A stretch of DNA of 30,138 nt from the NCBI GenBank assembly GCA_040905425.1, contig JBBDRO010000064.1, positions 1 to 30,138 on the forward strand. The letters are read 5' to 3'. The notes under the pieces were generated by a model that saw nothing but the letters and a program-made list of their open reading frames with translations, ran no database searches and had not been told where the DNA came from. Of the stretch, positions 28,187-30,138 are shown in pieces (the stretch's first letter is position 1; each line of letters opens with the position of its first letter). The stretch is from Gemmatimonadota bacterium (GTDB lineage Bacteria > Gemmatimonadota > Gemmatimonadetes > Longimicrobiales > RSA9). The position numbers and the translations under genes were made by a program.

Positions 28187-28444
28187 TCAGCCGGCCAGTT
28201 CCTGTACGTGCCGGGCGAGCTGGGACTTCTTGCGCGCGGCCTTGTTGGGATGGATCAGGCGGCGCGCGGCGTAGCGGTCCAGCATGGCTGCCGTGCGGAC
28301 GAGCTCCTCCTGCGCCTGTGCGGCATCATCGGCGCTCAGGACGCGCTTGACGGCGGTCCGCAGGCGGGAGCGCTGGGCCCGGTTTCGCTGGGTGCGCGTC
28401 TCCGTCTGGCGGATGCGCTTCTTGGAACTCGCCGAATTGGCCAA
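28187..28444 (-). CDS. rpsT: 30S ribosomal protein S20
   Basis: ANSASSKKRIRQ...RNRAQRSRLRTAVK...IHPNKAARKKSQL; TTG start preceded by AGGAGG. Confidence 0.95.
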   Translation of the reverse strand: MANSASSKKRIRQTETRTQRNRAQRSRLRTAVKRVLSADDAAQAQEELVRTAAMLDRYAARRLIHPNKAARKKSQLARHVQELAG

Positions 28445-28492
28445 ACGGCCCTCCTGAAAAACACGTAACGTAACCACGGAATCCAGCCACCC

Positions 28493-28521
28493 AAGCTATC
28501 AGTCGGCGGCGTAGGTGTCAA
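28493..28521 (-). promoter_or_regulatory. putative promoter of rpsT
   Basis: Minus strand TTGACA, 17 nt, TAGCTT. Confidence 0.7.
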
Positions 28522-28603
28522 CCGTAGGGCGGGCGCGGGCGCGCGCGCCGCATGCATGCGCGGGGTGGCGCTCCCCACGCGCCGCGCCTAGCTTCCTCCC
28601 ACT

Positions 28604-29386
28604 ATGGCAGCCAATCCTCCCACGACCCGTGCCCCCGAGGATCTCGACGATGCTTTCGTCGTGGAACTGGACCGATTCCAGGGCCCGCTCGATCTCCTGC
28701 TCCACCTCATTCGTGAGCAGGACATTGACATCTTCGATATCCCCATTGCGCAGATCACGCAGCAGTTCCTGCGCGCCATGGCGGGCATCGAGCGGCTGGG
28801 ACTGGACCGGGCGGGAGAGTTCCTGGAGACGGCCGCGCTGCTGGTGCGCATCAAGGCGCAGATGCTCATGCCGCGCCGCGGCGACCTGGAGGGCGCCCTC
28901 CACGACCCCCGCGCCGAGCTGGTACGGCGCCTCCTGGAATACGAACATTTTCGTGAAGCGTCCCTCCGTCTCCAGGAGGCCGAGGTCCGGCAGGCGCGTC
29001 ACTTCCGACGGGGCTACGTGCCGCCGCGGACGGCGCCCCCGCCGGTCACCGATCTGGAGGTGTCCTGGGAGGAGTTGTTCGCCGCCGCGCTCGACCTGGC
29101 GGAGCGAACCCGGCCCCTGCCGGACCATGCCGTGGCGCAGCGGGCCGTGCCCATCGAGGAGAAGATTGCCCTCATTGCCCGCACCCTCGGTCAGTTGCAG
29201 CGCGTGGAGTTCCGCGCGCTGGTGGCCCCCTTCGGCAACAAGCCGCATGGGGTGGCCACCCTCCTGGCCGGTCTGGAGCTGGCCAAGCGCCGCCAGCTGG
29301 CCATGCGGCAGCGGGCGCCGTTCACCGACCTCTGGCTCTACCGGCGCAAGGACGAGCCGGTGGACGAGGCGGATGCGGCCGGCTGA
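28604..29386 (+). CDS. scpA: segregation and condensation protein A (kleisin)
   Basis: Motifs FQGPLDLLLHLIR...IDIFDIPIAQITQQFL, AGEFL...IKAQMLMP, DPRAELVRRLLEY, LLAGLEL. Confidence 0.93.
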   Translation: MAANPPTTRAPEDLDDAFVVELDRFQGPLDLLLHLIREQDIDIFDIPIAQITQQFLRAMAGIERLGLDRAGEFLETAALLVRIKAQMLMPRRGDLEGALHDPRAELVRRLLEYEHFREASLRLQEAEVRQARHFRRGYVPPRTAPPPVTDLEVSWEELFAAALDLAERTRPLPDHAVAQRAVPIEEKIALIARTLGQLQRVEFRALVAPFGNKPHGVATLLAGLELAKRRQLAMRQRAPFTDLWLYRRKDEPVDEADAAG

Positions 29387-29407
29387 GCGGGTCAGGGAGC
29401 CGGGCGC

Positions 29408-30138
29408 ATGCGGCTGACGCAGATCGTGGAGGCGCTCCTGTTCGCCTCCGACGCTCCGCTGGCACCGGCCGATCTGGCCCGCGTGGACGAGCGCCTGGAC
29501 GAGGACACCGTGGCGGCCGTGATCGACGAACTGCGCCAGTCCTACGACGGTGAGGAACGCTCGTTCCAGGTCTATGAGGTGGCCGGGGGCTACCAGCTGC
29601 TGACGCGGCCGGAGTTCGTCTCCGTGCTCGAGCGTTATGAAACCGTCCCGCAGACGGCGCGCCTCTCCAATCCGGCGCTCGAGGTGCTCGCCATCATTGC
29701 CTACCGGCAGCCCATCGGGCGGGCGGAGGTGGAGGAGATCAGGGGCGTGAGCTCCAGCGGCGTCCTGCGCACGCTGCAGGATCGCCGGCTGGTGGAGCCG
29801 GTCGGCCGCGCGGAGGGGTTGGGGCGACCTCTCCTCTACGGCACCACGCGGAGCTTCCTGGAGCACTTCGGGTTTGAGTCGCTGGAGAGCCTGCCGCGCC
29901 CGGAGGATCTGCCCGTGGTGCTGAGTGAGCGGCCCCGGCCGGACGATGTTGATCAGGAGGGTGAGCACGCGCCGCACCATGACCACGATCCATCGCCCAA
30001 CCCCCTGCCGGCGCACGCCCGGCATGTGGACGATGGCGCGGCGCAGGCAGGAGTGACCGGCCAGCCGGATGCCGCCGGGGAGGATGAGGCGCCCGCCACC
30101 GTTGACGAGGCGCCAGCCGCGGAGGATGAGGCGCCCGC
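29408..30138 (+). CDS. scpB: segregation and condensation protein B (3' end beyond the window)
   Basis: Own translation from ATG 29408: MRLTQIVEALLFAS...EVAGGYQLLTRPE...LSNPALEVLAIIAYRQPIGRAEVEEIRGV...GRPLLYGTTRSFLEHFG...LP. No stop before the window end, so it is absent from the ORF track. Confidence 0.93.
   Translation, partial: MRLTQIVEALLFASDAPLAPADLARVDERLDEDTVAAVIDELRQSYDGEERSFQVYEVAGGYQLLTRPEFVSVLERYETVPQTARLSNPALEVLAIIAYRQPIGRAEVEEIRGVSSSGVLRTLQDRRLVEPVGRAEGLGRPLLYGTTRSFLEHFGFESLESLPRPEDLPVVLSERPRPDDVDQEGEHAPHHDHDPSPNPLPAHARHVDDGAAQAGVTGQPDAAGEDEAPATVDEAPAAEDEAP
30079..30138 (+). repeat. 21-nt-period coding tandem repeat (DEAPA-x-x) in the ScpB tail
   Basis: GGAGGATGAGGCGCCCGC occurs at 30079-96 and 30121-38, with a variant copy between them. 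Confidence 0.75.

Noticed and set aside
4177..30025. Many long overlapping or antisense ORFs (e.g. 4177..6087-, 9205..11106-, 13751..15484-, 22037..23953+, 28499..30025-)
   Set aside because: They are shadow frames of well-supported genes in high-GC DNA: Arg/His/Gly-rich, with no motifs and no RBS.
1..30138. CRISPR array, rRNA, or defence/toxin system
   Set aside because: No regularly spaced direct repeats, no rRNA-like sequence, and no nuclease/NTPase/RT defence motifs were seen.

Overview
High-GC bacterial chromosomal region, mostly housekeeping. Gemmatimonadota-like by the style of its LexA and Ig-rich surface protein; this taxonomy is inference only. In order: (1) a giant (>2,600-codon) Ig-like/CARDB/beta-solenoid surface protein gene, open at the window's left edge and interrupted by one in-frame amber codon; (2) a three-gene NAD(P) transhydrogenase operon (pntAA-pntAB-pntB); (3) a complete System I cytochrome c maturation operon ccmABCDEFGH; (4) fhs on the minus strand; (5) a small hypothetical gene with a sigma54-type promoter; (6) gltX, tRNA-Gln(CTG), a degenerate LexA and tadA; (7) an NhaC-family transporter on the minus strand; (8) pyrR-pyrB-pyrC-yhaM; (9) rpsT on the minus strand; (10) scpA-scpB, truncated at the right edge. 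No CRISPR array, integrase, transposase ORF or defence system is visible. The most notable observations are a LexA lacking both its Ala-Gly cleavage site and catalytic Lys, a YhaM nuclease ending in a beta-clamp-like motif, a surface protein saturated with Bacteroidota-type O-glycosylation sequons and carrying a five-copy Cys/His module, and a consistent TTGACN-17/18-TAnnTT promoter set with leaderless genes.
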